Source: a virus
Taxonomy: Duplodnaviria > Caudoviricetes
Length of the DNA stretch: 64,000 bases
IMG/VR virus record: IMGVR_UViG_3300034073_002120
Strand: one strand, 5' to 3'
Shown: one piece after another, positions 48,833-55,818 of the stretch
Position numbering within the stretch: position 1 is the stretch's first letter
Layout of the letters: every line of letters begins with the position of its first letter
Program-made: the position numbers and the translations under genes
The notes under the pieces: generated by a model
Seen by the model: only the letters and a program-made list of their open reading frames with translations
Told to the model about the DNA's origin: nothing
The model's database searches: none

Positions 48833-49010
48833 CGTTACGATTGTATTCTTTTATGGCACCTAAAATAAGAACACCAACCATAATACCACCAAATACTTCT
48901 AATATAGAACTATGATTGTAGGGATTTTTATAACTATCATAGACATAAACACAAAGTGTAACTACTACAATAGGTAATATACCTTTCATGTACTCATTTA
49001 AGTGATTCAT
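48822..49010 (-). CDS. Small membrane protein
   Basis: Two hydrophobic helices. Confidence 0.5.
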   Translation of the reverse strand: MNHLNEYMKGILPIVVVTLCVYVYDSYKNPYNHSSILEVFGGIMVGVLILGAIKEYNRNDEV

Positions 49011-49026
49011 AAATAATTAATTAAAT

Positions 49027-49103
49027 TGGTGGGCCAGATAGGAATCGAACCTATTACCTACTGATTATGAGTCAGTTGCTCTAACCGAATGAGCTACAAG
49101 CCC
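49027..49103 (-). tRNA. tRNA with CAT anticodon (probably Ile2/lysidine)
   Basis: GGGCTTG/TGGCCC acceptor, ACTGA-CTCATAA-TCAGT, encoded CCA. Confidence 0.9.
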
Positions 49104-49158
49104 TTAATCGTTTATATTAACGATAAAGTTGAATATCGTATGTTTCAACGATAAATAA

Positions 49159-49278
49159 GGTGCCGGTGGTAGGATTGGATACCTACACGATGTCCATTTC
49201 GGATACACCCCCTTACTAGTATTACAGGACGTCTAATAGTTTTATTCGAATTCAAACTATTCTTTCCGCCACACCGGC
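49159..49278 (-). ncRNA. tRNA-like RNA with hairpin inserted in D-loop and non-canonical anticodon and T loops
   Basis: Perfect GCCGGTG/CACCGGC acceptor, A73, long variable arm. Confidence 0.7.
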
Positions 49279-49283
49279 ATATG

Positions 49284-49357
49284 TGGAGATGATAGGAATC
49301 GAACCTACGACCCTCTGCGTGCAAGGCAGATGCTCTAGCCAACTGAGCTACATCCCC
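49284..49357 (-). tRNA. tRNA-Ala(TGC)
   Basis: Canonical cloverleaf, G3-U70. Confidence 0.95.
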
Positions 49358-49364
49358 AATATTG

Positions 49365-49449
49365 TACCTGAAGAGGGACTTGAACCCACACGCCCATTAC
49401 TGGACAACAGATTTTAAGTCTGTCTTGTCTACCATTCCAACATTCAGGC
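49365..49449 (-). tRNA. tRNA-Leu(TAA)
   Basis: Cloverleaf with long variable arm. Confidence 0.93.
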
Positions 49450-49454
49450 AAATT

Positions 49455-49862
49455 TTATTTTACTTTATAAACTTTCACTTTTGAAAGTTTTGTTTGTTTG
49501 TCTTTTGGGTTGATTAAAATATCAATACGTTTTTTGTATCTCTTATTCATCACATCCCTTACCACATATTCACCATTGTACTTACCGGCATTTCTCAAAC
49601 GAACTCTCTGGCCGAACTTTAACTTACGTTTTAAATCCCTACTTACTGCAATGATTCTATGTTTCTTAGGATTACGTTTACTAATCTTAAATCCACTTGC
49701 TGTAATGTTTGGTGTAGAATCGGTTTCTTCTGCTGTTGCTTTGTATGTTGTGACAGTTACTATTCCTAATTCTTCTAAATTACTTTCTTCTATTTCTACA
49801 TTTGTGGTTGTTACTTCTAATGGAAATAACAACATAATAAAACTTATGAAAAGTTGTTGCAT
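49455..49862 (-). CDS. 3D-domain (MltA-like) protein
   Basis: VTVTTY, TASG, IAVSRD, VVRD, RIDI. Confidence 0.8.
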   Translation of the reverse strand: MQQLFISFIMLLFPLEVTTTNVEIEESNLEELGIVTVTTYKATAEETDSTPNITASGFKISKRNPKKHRIIAVSRDLKRKLKFGQRVRLRNAGKYNGEYVVRDVMNKRYKKRIDILINPKDKQTKLSKVKVYKVK

Positions 49863-49910
49863 AATTTTTGGGTTTGGTTTATTTTAAGGTTTAAAGTTTT
49901 AACTTTTATG

Positions 49911-49982
49911 TAGCCCCACTAAGAATCGAACTTAGAAATCCTCTTTAGAAGAGAGGTGTTATATCCATTTAACTATGGAGCC
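49911..49982 (-). tRNA. tRNA-Arg(TCT)
   Basis: CCTCT-CTTCTAA-AGAGG. Confidence 0.92.
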
Positions 49983-49983
49983 A

Positions 49984-50060
49984 TGGCGGTGTATACGAGA
50001 TTCGAACTCGTGGTCTCTTCCGTGACAGGGAAGCATGTTGGGCCTCTACACCAATACACC
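49984..50060 (-). tRNA. tRNA-Asp(GTC)
   Basis: Cloverleaf, G73, CCA. Confidence 0.95.
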
Positions 50061-50064
50061 GATT

Positions 50065-50169
50065 GCAGGGGATGTTTCCATTCTAGTGGAACAACCCCCG
50101 ATTGGTTTTCATCAACTGATGAATCCACTCTATGGTTACTATCTGACTCTTTTCGAACTTTCGGGGCTC
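50065..50169 (-). ncRNA. Candidate structured RNA
   Basis: CCCCGA/TCGGGG pairing, TTCATC/GATGAA hairpin, terminal GGGG..TTCC/GGAA..CCCC hairpin. Confidence 0.4.
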
Positions 50170-50195
50170 GTATCATTCAATTTCAGTAATCATTG

Positions 50196-50268
50196 AGCCT
50201 CCTACCGGGTTCGAACCAGTGACATTCTCATTACAAATGAGATGCTCTACCAACTGAGCTAAGGAGGC
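50196..50268 (-). tRNA. tRNA-Thr(TGT)
   Basis: Canonical cloverleaf. Confidence 0.95.
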
Positions 50269-50273
50269 AATTT

Positions 50274-50458
50274 ATGTATCAGTTCCATACCGACCTATTA
50301 GGAACTATTAGGGTTTCTCGGACGAGGTGCACAACCCAAATCGGCTATAATGTGTTATCAGTTACTTGGCTTCCACCTTCGTTGGAATTATTAAACGGGA
50401 TTTGAACCCACCTCATTGATGTATGCCTACATCAACTTTCACTGCACATTTGATACAT
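50274..50458 (-). ncRNA. 185-nt multi-stem RNA with internal T-loop motif
   Basis: ATGTATCA/TGATACAT closing stem, TTGATGTA/TACATCAA hairpin, GGGTTCAAATCCC. Confidence 0.6.
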
Positions 50459-50460
50459 TG

Positions 50461-50532
50461 TACTCCCAACGGGATTCGAACCCGTGACTCATCCGTGAAA
50501 GGGACGTGACTTAACCGCTTGTCGATGGGAGC
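50461..50532 (-). tRNA. tRNA-Glu(TTC)
   Basis: Canonical cloverleaf. Confidence 0.95.
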
Positions 50533-50599
50533 AGTTTCCAATTTTGATGGGCTCTTCGATTAGAGTGTTTCATCTAACCAGCACTTGAGATTGGGAACT
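50533..50599 (-). ncRNA. Candidate closed-stem small RNA
   Basis: AGTTCCCAAT/ATTGGAAACT ends; GGTTAGA/TCTAATC internal hairpin. Confidence 0.45.
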
Positions 50600-50604
50600 C
50601 CTTG

Positions 50605-50727
50605 TTGTCAATACTGGATTCGAACCAGTGATAGTCTCCATCAGCACATTGATAAAGCAGAGACTCCGTTCTTCTGTCAGAAAGTTTGAATCAATGTTTC
50701 GGGGCGTGTTCCTCTCGCCTTTTGACA
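50605..50727 (-). ncRNA. tRNA-like RNA with expanded anticodon and variable arms
   Basis: TGTCAA/TTGACA acceptor, GGCG/CGCC D-arm, canonical ACTGG-TTCGAAT-CCAGT T-arm. Confidence 0.7.
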
Positions 50728-50735
50728 ATTTTATT

Positions 50736-50808
50736 GGGTGTAAGGACGGTATCGAACCGACTTCCCTGGCTCCACAAACCAGTACATCACCTTAATGCTT
50801 CAAACACC
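50736..50808 (-). tRNA. tRNA-His(GTG)
   Basis: G-1/C73, CTGGT-TTGTGGA-GCCAG. Confidence 0.88.
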
Positions 50809-50844
50809 ATATTGTTTTAATAACCATCATCTCAAAGAACATTG

Positions 50845-50877
50845 TAAAGATACGAAATTATTTTAACATTTCCTAAT
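50845..50877 (-). promoter_or_regulatory. Bacteroidota-type promoter followed by boxA-like GTTCTTTGAG
   Basis: ATTAGGAAA...TTCGTATCTTTA; boxA-like site at 50831-50840. Confidence 0.7.
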
Positions 50878-50896
50878 CTTTTTTAACATTTTTTTG

Positions 50897-50969
50897 TTGC
50901 GTAGGGTGGGAATCGAACCCACTTATTTTGGCTTATGAGACCAATGAAATACCTTACCTCCCCCTCGCG
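50897..50969 (-). tRNA. tRNA-Met(CAT), atypical acceptor
   Basis: TTGGT-CTCATAA-GCCAA, canonical T-arm. Confidence 0.8.
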
Positions 50970-51002
50970 ATGTATTAGGGAACGTTCTCCCTAATTGTTT
51001 AA

Positions 51003-51035
51003 CAAATATACGAATTTATTTTAATATATCCAAAT
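51003..51035 (-). promoter_or_regulatory. Bacteroidota-type promoter
   Basis: ATTTGGATA...TTCGTATATTTG. Confidence 0.75.
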
Positions 51036-51041
51036 AAATCT

Positions 51042-51500
51042 TTATTTATTTTTTACTAAATGGTCTGCACAATATGTTGCAATAGGACCTAATGATTTGT
51101 ATCTTACATTATATCCCATACCTTCAACCATACCAACTGCTTGTCTGAATACTTCGTTAGATTTGAAACGTGGGTCTGGATTTAAATCCACATCAATCCA
51201 CTTTGGTTTTTTAACACCATTCTCTTTTAAGTATTCAGCAGTTTCAATTGCGAACCAAACTTCTTGTAATAACCTTACTGAACGAACTCTTTCTCTTTCA
51301 GTATTCCATCTTCTATATAAAACGTGTCCTCCTTTACCTTGTCTATATAATGCAACTACAATTGCGTAAATAGTTTTAGTACCGGAGTTTTGTGAATCAC
51401 AACCAATTAAGATTTCAGCATCACTATACGTTTCCATATATTCTTTGATATATGTTACTAATTGAATTTCTTCGCCAGATTGTAATTTTTTAAAAACCAT
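51042..51500 (-). CDS. RNase H-like YkuK/DUF458 family protein
   Basis: ILIGCDSQ, RLLQEV, DVDLN, ADHL. Confidence 0.8.
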   Translation of the reverse strand: MVFKKLQSGEEIQLVTYIKEYMETYSDAEILIGCDSQNSGTKTIYAIVVALYRQGKGGHVLYRRWNTERERVRSVRLLQEVWFAIETAEYLKENGVKKPKWIDVDLNPDPRFKSNEVFRQAVGMVEGMGYNVRYKSLGPIATYCADHLVKNK

Positions 51501-51524
51501 TTTATTTCCTTTTTTAATAAGTAG

Positions 51525-51598
51525 TGTCCATAGTAGGATTCGAACCTACACAAACTGGTTTCTAAGACCAGTGCGGTTGCCAATTACGCCATACGGAC
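51525..51598 (-). tRNA. tRNA-Leu(TAG) lacking the long variable arm
   Basis: CTGGT-CTTAGAA-ACCAG; 5-nt variable loop. Confidence 0.8.
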
Positions 51599-51607
51599 AA
51601 TTTTCAG

Positions 51608-51693
51608 TAGAGAGTGAGAGGCTCGAACTCTCGCGACTTTCACATCCTACCTCGTTAGCAATGAGGCCCCTTCACCAACTTGGGTAACTCTCT
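51608..51693 (-). tRNA. tRNA-Ser(GCT)
   Basis: Class II cloverleaf. Confidence 0.9.
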
Positions 51694-51759
51694 ATGTTGT
51701 ATAATATATTATTCATTATATACCTTTTTAGGGGTTTTTGTATAATATATTATCCATCG

Positions 51760-51829
51760 TTGCGTGTTTGAGGTTCGAACTCAATTGACTTTCCTTATGA
51801 GAGAAAGTTCTTTTCCACTAAGTCACGCA
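51760..51829 (-). tRNA. tRNA-Met(CAT), degenerate (short D region, 7-bp anticodon stem)
   Basis: ACTTTCT-CTCATAA-GGAAAGT; TTGAG-TTCGAAC-CTCAA. Confidence 0.65.
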
Positions 51830-51888
51830 GTTTTGTGGAATTGAACCACACTCTCCTCGTCAGGCGATACGACCAGTATCCTTTATCG

Positions 51889-51960
51889 AGTCACGTATTG
51901 GATTCGAACCAATGTAAGAGGTTTTGCAGACCTCCGCCTAACCAACTCGGCCAACCTGAC
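51889..51960 (-). tRNA. tRNA-Cys(GCA)
   Basis: Cloverleaf, U73. Confidence 0.93.
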
Positions 51961-51968
51961 ATTTAATG

Positions 51969-52040
51969 TAGTTCTATTAGGATTCGAACCCAAACTTTTT
52001 CATCCGTAGTGAAAGGTGCTATCCGTTACACCATAGAACC
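51969..52040 (-). tRNA. tRNA-Arg(ACG)
   Basis: TTTCA-CTACGGA-TGAAA. Confidence 0.92.
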
Positions 52041-52044
52041 ATTA

Positions 52045-52242
52045 TTATTTCCATTGAGTCTTTCGGTTGTGTTTCCAACTTTTATACTCTCTGAACTTAT
52101 GTGAGTAAATTGGTTTACCATTTCCATGTCTACCCCAAATCTTTGAAGGTGCACAATCATAATACCAACTACCACATCTTTTAGAACAAATGAAACAATA
52201 GTTCCATTCCATTCTCATTCTCTTTACTCTTTCTTCTTTCAT
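52045..52242 (-). CDS. Small basic Cys-containing protein
   Basis: YCFICSKRCG; ends YKSWKHNRKTQWK. Confidence 0.55.
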   Translation of the reverse strand: MKEERVKRMRMEWNYCFICSKRCGSWYYDCAPSKIWGRHGNGKPIYSHKFREYKSWKHNRKTQWK

Positions 52243-52293
52243 TTTACATTAGGTTTGTTTACCTAATGTTTGTCAAATAATTGTTTCATAGTT

Positions 52294-52686
52294 TTACATT
52301 TTATTTTCCTCATAGTGATGTATTCTATGACAATTGGCACATAATACATCACACTTTTCTATTTCCTTTAAGAACTTTTCTTTGGATACTGATAATTTAG
52401 AACTAGCCAAAGTGAATTCTTTTTTAGATGAATCTCTATGATGAAAATCTAAAGCTGCAGGATGTGAAAATCCACATTTACTACATTTAAGGTTTGATTT
52501 ATATTCTACATACCATTCCTTAAATTCTTTTCTTCTTTGAGATTGTCTTATTTTAGCTTTCTCTCTTTCCACTTCTTTATTTCGTTCATACCATTCATTT
52601 CTATATGAACGCATCTTATCAGCGTTTTGTTCTTTCCATTCTTTTGTTGCCATAATATATTCTTTAATATAAATATAGTATCTCAA
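52294..52686 (-). CDS. HNH endonuclease
   Basis: CSKCG, LDFHH, LCANCHRIHH; likely start MATKEW at 52653. Confidence 0.85.
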   Translation of the reverse strand: MRYYIYIKEYIMATKEWKEQNADKMRSYRNEWYERNKEVEREKAKIRQSQRRKEFKEWYVEYKSNLKCSKCGFSHPAALDFHHRDSSKKEFTLASSKLSVSKEKFLKEIEKCDVLCANCHRIHHYEENKM

Positions 52687-52718
52687 ACAAAAAAGTTGTT
52701 TTGGAAACTTTTATTTAG

Positions 52719-52789
52719 CACGGGTAGTAGGATTCGAACCCACATCAAAGCTTTTGGAGAGCCGTATGCTACCATTGCACCATACCCAT
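52719..52789 (-). tRNA. tRNA-Trp(CCA)
   Basis: CTCCAAA loop, G73. Confidence 0.9.
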
Positions 52790-52796
52790 AATTAAT

Positions 52797-52858
52797 CAAG
52801 AAGATAGCCAGAAATTAGTGACGTCAAATCTCTTTAAGCTATATGAACTATCTTCTTG
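52797..52858 (-). ncRNA. Candidate closed-stem small RNA
   Basis: 11-bp perfect terminal stem CAAGAAGATAG/CTATCTTCTTG. Confidence 0.5.
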
Positions 52859-52887
52859 TTAGGATTGGTTAATTACTCCAATCTTCG

Positions 52888-52961
52888 TTGGTAGTGCGGG
52901 ATTCGAACCTGCCACCTTCTCGGTATCAGCGAGATGCTCTAACCAAATGAGCTAACTACCA
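52888..52961 (-). tRNA. tRNA-Ile(GAT)
   Basis: TCTCG-CTGATAC-CGAGA. Confidence 0.93.
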
Positions 52962-52990
52962 ATAAGTGGTGGATGTATGTTCATCACATA

Positions 52991-53533
52991 CTATTGGGTT
53001 TCCACCAAACCCCTTGTCATTTCAATGAACTTATTTCTATATTCATCTATTTTATCAATCACTTCATCTTTATATTTCGAATGAACATATTGATGATGTG
53101 TTGGACAAAGTGGTATAAGATTTTTAGGGTCATTGTTATAGTGATTTTCATCATAGTGATGAACTGCAACTATTTTACTTTCCCCACAAATTACACATTC
53201 CTTTGTATGATGTTCAAAACAAGTACTTCTATACGAATCATCTTTCCAATTTGGATTTTGTTTTCCACTTCTGAAAAATGTGTTTGAACATTTATAGGAA
53301 CAAGTAGTTTTTTCTCTCTTATTACCAATTTGTGTTTCAAATTCATTACCACATACTGGACAATTCTTTTTAATTGCTTCATATTTAGGTAATCTTACTT
53401 TAAGATGGTCTATGGATATATTCTTTTCAGAAACCATATCATAGAACTTCTTTTGTGTTTTGCCATTATAATATCCGTATAACTTTTTAATTGCTTCGGA
53501 TTTTGTTTTACATTCTTTTATTATATTTTCCAT
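52991..53533 (-). CDS. HNH endonuclease with zinc ribbon
   Basis: CPVCG...TCSYKC; CVICG, VHHYD, NLIPLCPTHH. Confidence 0.85.
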   Translation of the reverse strand: MENIIKECKTKSEAIKKLYGYYNGKTQKKFYDMVSEKNISIDHLKVRLPKYEAIKKNCPVCGNEFETQIGNKREKTTCSYKCSNTFFRSGKQNPNWKDDSYRSTCFEHHTKECVICGESKIVAVHHYDENHYNNDPKNLIPLCPTHHQYVHSKYKDEVIDKIDEYRNKFIEMTRGLVETQ

Positions 53534-53591
53534 ACTAATAAATATAACAAAATCGTAAAAACATAATTTGACAATGTAATCATTACGATTG

Positions 53592-53666
53592 TAGGGTAGA
53601 GAGGACTCGAACCTCCACGATGTCTTGCTCCCAAAGCAAGCGGCCTAGCCATTGGCCCACTACCCT
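53592..53666 (-). tRNA. tRNA-Pro(TGG)
   Basis: CTTGC-TTTGGGA-GCAAG. Confidence 0.92.
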
Positions 53667-53721
53667 ATGGTGGATGGATTATTTTTTTAAAGTAGAATTC
53701 GCCAACCTCAAAACTACTATG

Positions 53722-53795
53722 TGAACCCGAATGGATTCGAACCATTGACTCCCTCATTAAAAGTGAGGTGCTCTAACCAACTGAGCTACGGATTC
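53722..53795 (-). tRNA. tRNA-Lys(TTT)
   Basis: Canonical cloverleaf. Confidence 0.95.
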
Positions 53796-53800
53796 AATTG

Positions 53801-53873
53801 TGGGACCTCAAGGAATCGAACCTTGTCCTTCCGCTCTTCAGGCGGACGTACGCACCAGCTATACGAAAGTCCC
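53801..53873 (-). tRNA. tRNA-Phe(GAA)
   Basis: TCCGC-CTGAAGA-GCGGA. Confidence 0.92.
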
Positions 53874-53879
53874 ATTTTG

Positions 53880-53961
53880 TGCCGCCGGTAGGACTCGAAC
53901 CTACGAACTCCGAAGAGGAGGGATTTACAGTCCCTTGCAATTGCCACTATGCGACGTCGGC
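53880..53961 (-). tRNA. tRNA-Tyr(GTA)
   Basis: Class II cloverleaf. Confidence 0.93.
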
Positions 53962-53967
53962 GTTAAA

Positions 53968-54044
53968 TGGTAGGAGATATAGGATTCGAACCTATGACCC
54001 TTTGGATGTAAACCAAATGCTCTAACCAACTGAGCTAATCTCCT
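53968..54044 (-). tRNA. tRNA-Val(TAC)
   Basis: Canonical cloverleaf, CCA. Confidence 0.95.
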
Positions 54045-54050
54045 AAATTG

Positions 54051-54121
54051 TTACTCGAGCAGGATTCGAACCTACCCTAAATGCCCCAAAAACACTTGTG
54101 CTACCGCTACACCATCGAGCA
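54051..54121 (-). tRNA. tRNA-Gln(TTG)
   Basis: U1-A72, AGTGT-TTTTGGG-GCATT. Confidence 0.85.
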
Positions 54122-54136
54122 ATTTAAAATTTATTG

Positions 54137-54208
54137 AGCGAGTAGTCAGAATCGAACTGACATATCCTACTTGGAAGGAAGGCATAATAGCCGTTATACT
54201 ATACTCGC
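54137..54208 (-). tRNA. tRNA-Gly(TCC)
   Basis: GCG/CGC acceptor, U73. Confidence 0.92.
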
Positions 54209-54226
54209 GTTTCAAAGAACTAATTG

Positions 54227-54298
54227 AGGGTAGGGAGAATTTCGAAATCTCGACCTGATGATTAACAGTCATCTGCTCTGCCTCTGAGCTACCAACCC
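54227..54298 (-). tRNA. tRNA-Asn(GTT)
   Basis: GATGA-CTGTTAA-TCATC. Confidence 0.9.
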
Positions 54299-54303
54299 GT
54301 AAA

Positions 54304-54339
54304 TAAAAAAACCCTTAACTTTTTTATCAGTTAAGGGTT
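54304..54339 (-). terminator. Intrinsic terminator directly upstream of the Asn-Gly-Gln-Val-Tyr-Phe-Lys tRNA run
   Basis: aacccttaac-tgataaaaaa-gttaagggtt plus T run. Confidence 0.8.
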
Positions 54340-54371
54340 CTTCAAATATTTTCTATTTAAATCTTACATCA

Positions 54372-54530
54372 TTACCATCCAGATGCTTCCCTTAACGTTG
54401 TACTAATATAATCCACCTTGCCCAAATTGAACACTGCCGGAGTTGCTATCGTACTAAACATACGATTCCCTTGCCACTCACATCTTTGTGTAGGCAGTTG
54501 GTTGTTCATATGTAATGCTAAGTTTTTCAT
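54372..54530 (-). CDS. 52-aa putative leader peptide
   Basis: MKNLALHMNNQLPTQRCEWQGNRMFSTIATPAVFNLGKVDYISTTLREASGW behind ATATTTATA at 54535. Confidence 0.55.
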   Translation of the reverse strand: MKNLALHMNNQLPTQRCEWQGNRMFSTIATPAVFNLGKVDYISTTLREASGW

Positions 54531-54599
54531 CTTGTATAAATATCTAAAAATTATTTTTTCGTAACGTTTGTTTGTTTTTTATTATTAGCTAAATAAAAA

Positions 54600-54667
54600 A
54601 ACTAATCCATCTTCAAAATACACCTACAAGTCATGCTCTGGTTAATATCAGCCTCGAAGGATTAGTT
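54600..54667 (-). ncRNA. Candidate closed-stem small RNA
   Basis: AACTAATCC/GGATTAGTT terminal stem extended by CTTC/GAAG. Confidence 0.45.
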
Positions 54668-54677
54668 CGTTTAAAAA

Positions 54678-54802
54678 ATGAAAGATTTGTAGGGTGGTTC
54701 TTTCAAAAGGACTAGCTACATCCGTTGTTTACCATCAACACTAATTCGTATTGGTTGCGATTCTTTAAGGCAAAAATCCCCTACTGAAAACCATATCTTC
54801 AT
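54678..54802 (-). ncRNA. Candidate multi-stem RNA
   Basis: ATGAAGAT/ATCTTTCAT and GTAGGG/CCCTAC nested stems. Confidence 0.45.
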
Positions 54803-54884
54803 ACTATTTGTCTTTTTTATTTAAGTGGAATTTTCAGTTATTGGAGAGATACACCCAACCTGTCTGTCGTAAACCACTACGAAG

Positions 54885-54925
54885 CTATCTATATTGGAAT
54901 CGAACCAACTTTAACCATTTAGATA
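54885..54925 (-). ncRNA. Minimal tRNA mimic (acceptor stem plus T-arm, no anticodon arm)
   Basis: TATCTA/TAGATA, ATGGTTAAA linker, GTTGG-TTCGATT-CCAAT. Confidence 0.55.
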
Positions 54926-54932
54926 AAAATAT

Positions 54933-55766
54933 AAGGATGAGAATACTCCATATTGTGAACCAGCTTTATAAGGGTTATTAGTTGCCTTAATTTCCACTTC
55001 CTTTTGAGAAGTACCAATTCAATGTGGGTAAGTAATGCCTACCACTCATAAAGTTACAAACTACTCTCTCTTTACTCTACCTCTTCGAGTTTGCCAACCC
55101 GATTCACACCTCGCGATGCTAGAAGCTTTTCGAAAGAATCACATTTCCCTTGAGAGGATTTGTGGCAGGGAACATCTCCCTACTAAGTACACACCTTTCG
55201 TCTGCAACTGGTAACCACTTTCTCTTTATTTGTTTTTATAGTTTGCACCTAAAGCAAATTGAGTTTGGTTTGTAGATGGATTCAGGTAGTGGATTACCAC
55301 TAGCTCCGTTCCACTTTAAAGAACGGAATACTATACTACCCGATACGGCATCTCTACCGTCATACTTTAAGACTACTTCAATACCCACTCTTTGGTGAGA
55401 GGTAGGTAAGGATAATAACAACACCACTTGTACATCATCATACCTTTCGGTTTTAAGTAACCTTTAATATTGAATCACACAATAATAAGGAGAGATTAAG
55501 TCCTTACTTTTTGTATTAACTCTATGGATTATTTTTATTGGTGTTCCCACCTCAACTGAACTTCTACTTAGCCCAGTCATCAAACCATTTCGCTACGGAG
55601 TTACCCTCACTACTAAGGTCTAATGATATTCCACTTGCATACTTGAGTTCCATTTCTGAAACCGCAAACCGTCTAACCAAACGATTCACTTTATCCTTGT
55701 TTCCAAGTTTATTTAACCACCATATGCGGCGGGTATGCATTATGTAGAACGAGTCTACTATATGCA
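54933..55766 (-). ncRNA. Giant structured ncRNA, probably GOLLD
   Basis: ~830 nt, GC above background, dense GNRA-capped hairpins (cttggaaacaag, accgaaaggt), 3' GGTTCACAATATGGAGTATTCTCATCC; own promoter; inside a tRNA array. Family call from recall, needs cmsearch. Confidence 0.72.
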
Positions 55767-55818
55767 ATATTTTCAATAATTTTAAAGAACGTTTTTTGTA
55801 ATCCTTTTGATTACTTTG

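Noticed and set aside
50274-50458. 6S RNA or RNase P RNA call
   Set aside because: It lacks the 6S long-hairpin/central-bubble layout and the RNase P GAGGAAAGTCC core; left unassigned.
50605-50727. Possible selenocysteine tRNA (TTCAAA near the anticodon position)
   Set aside because: No anticodon stem flanks TCA and there is no Sec-type acceptor geometry.
51830-51882. T-arm-like TGTGG-TTCAATT-CCACA with two small hairpins
   Set aside because: No acceptor pairing; probably a tRNA remnant and too weak to call.
49145-54272. Track ORFs overlapping tRNA genes (49145, 49956, 49973, 53798, 54072)
   Set aside because: They translate tRNA sequence; the RNA genes explain the region.
55236-55776. Track ORFs 55236-55427, 55538-55747 and 55564-55776
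   Set aside because: They lie within the giant structured RNA, have no recognisable motifs and mutually overlap; likely spurious.
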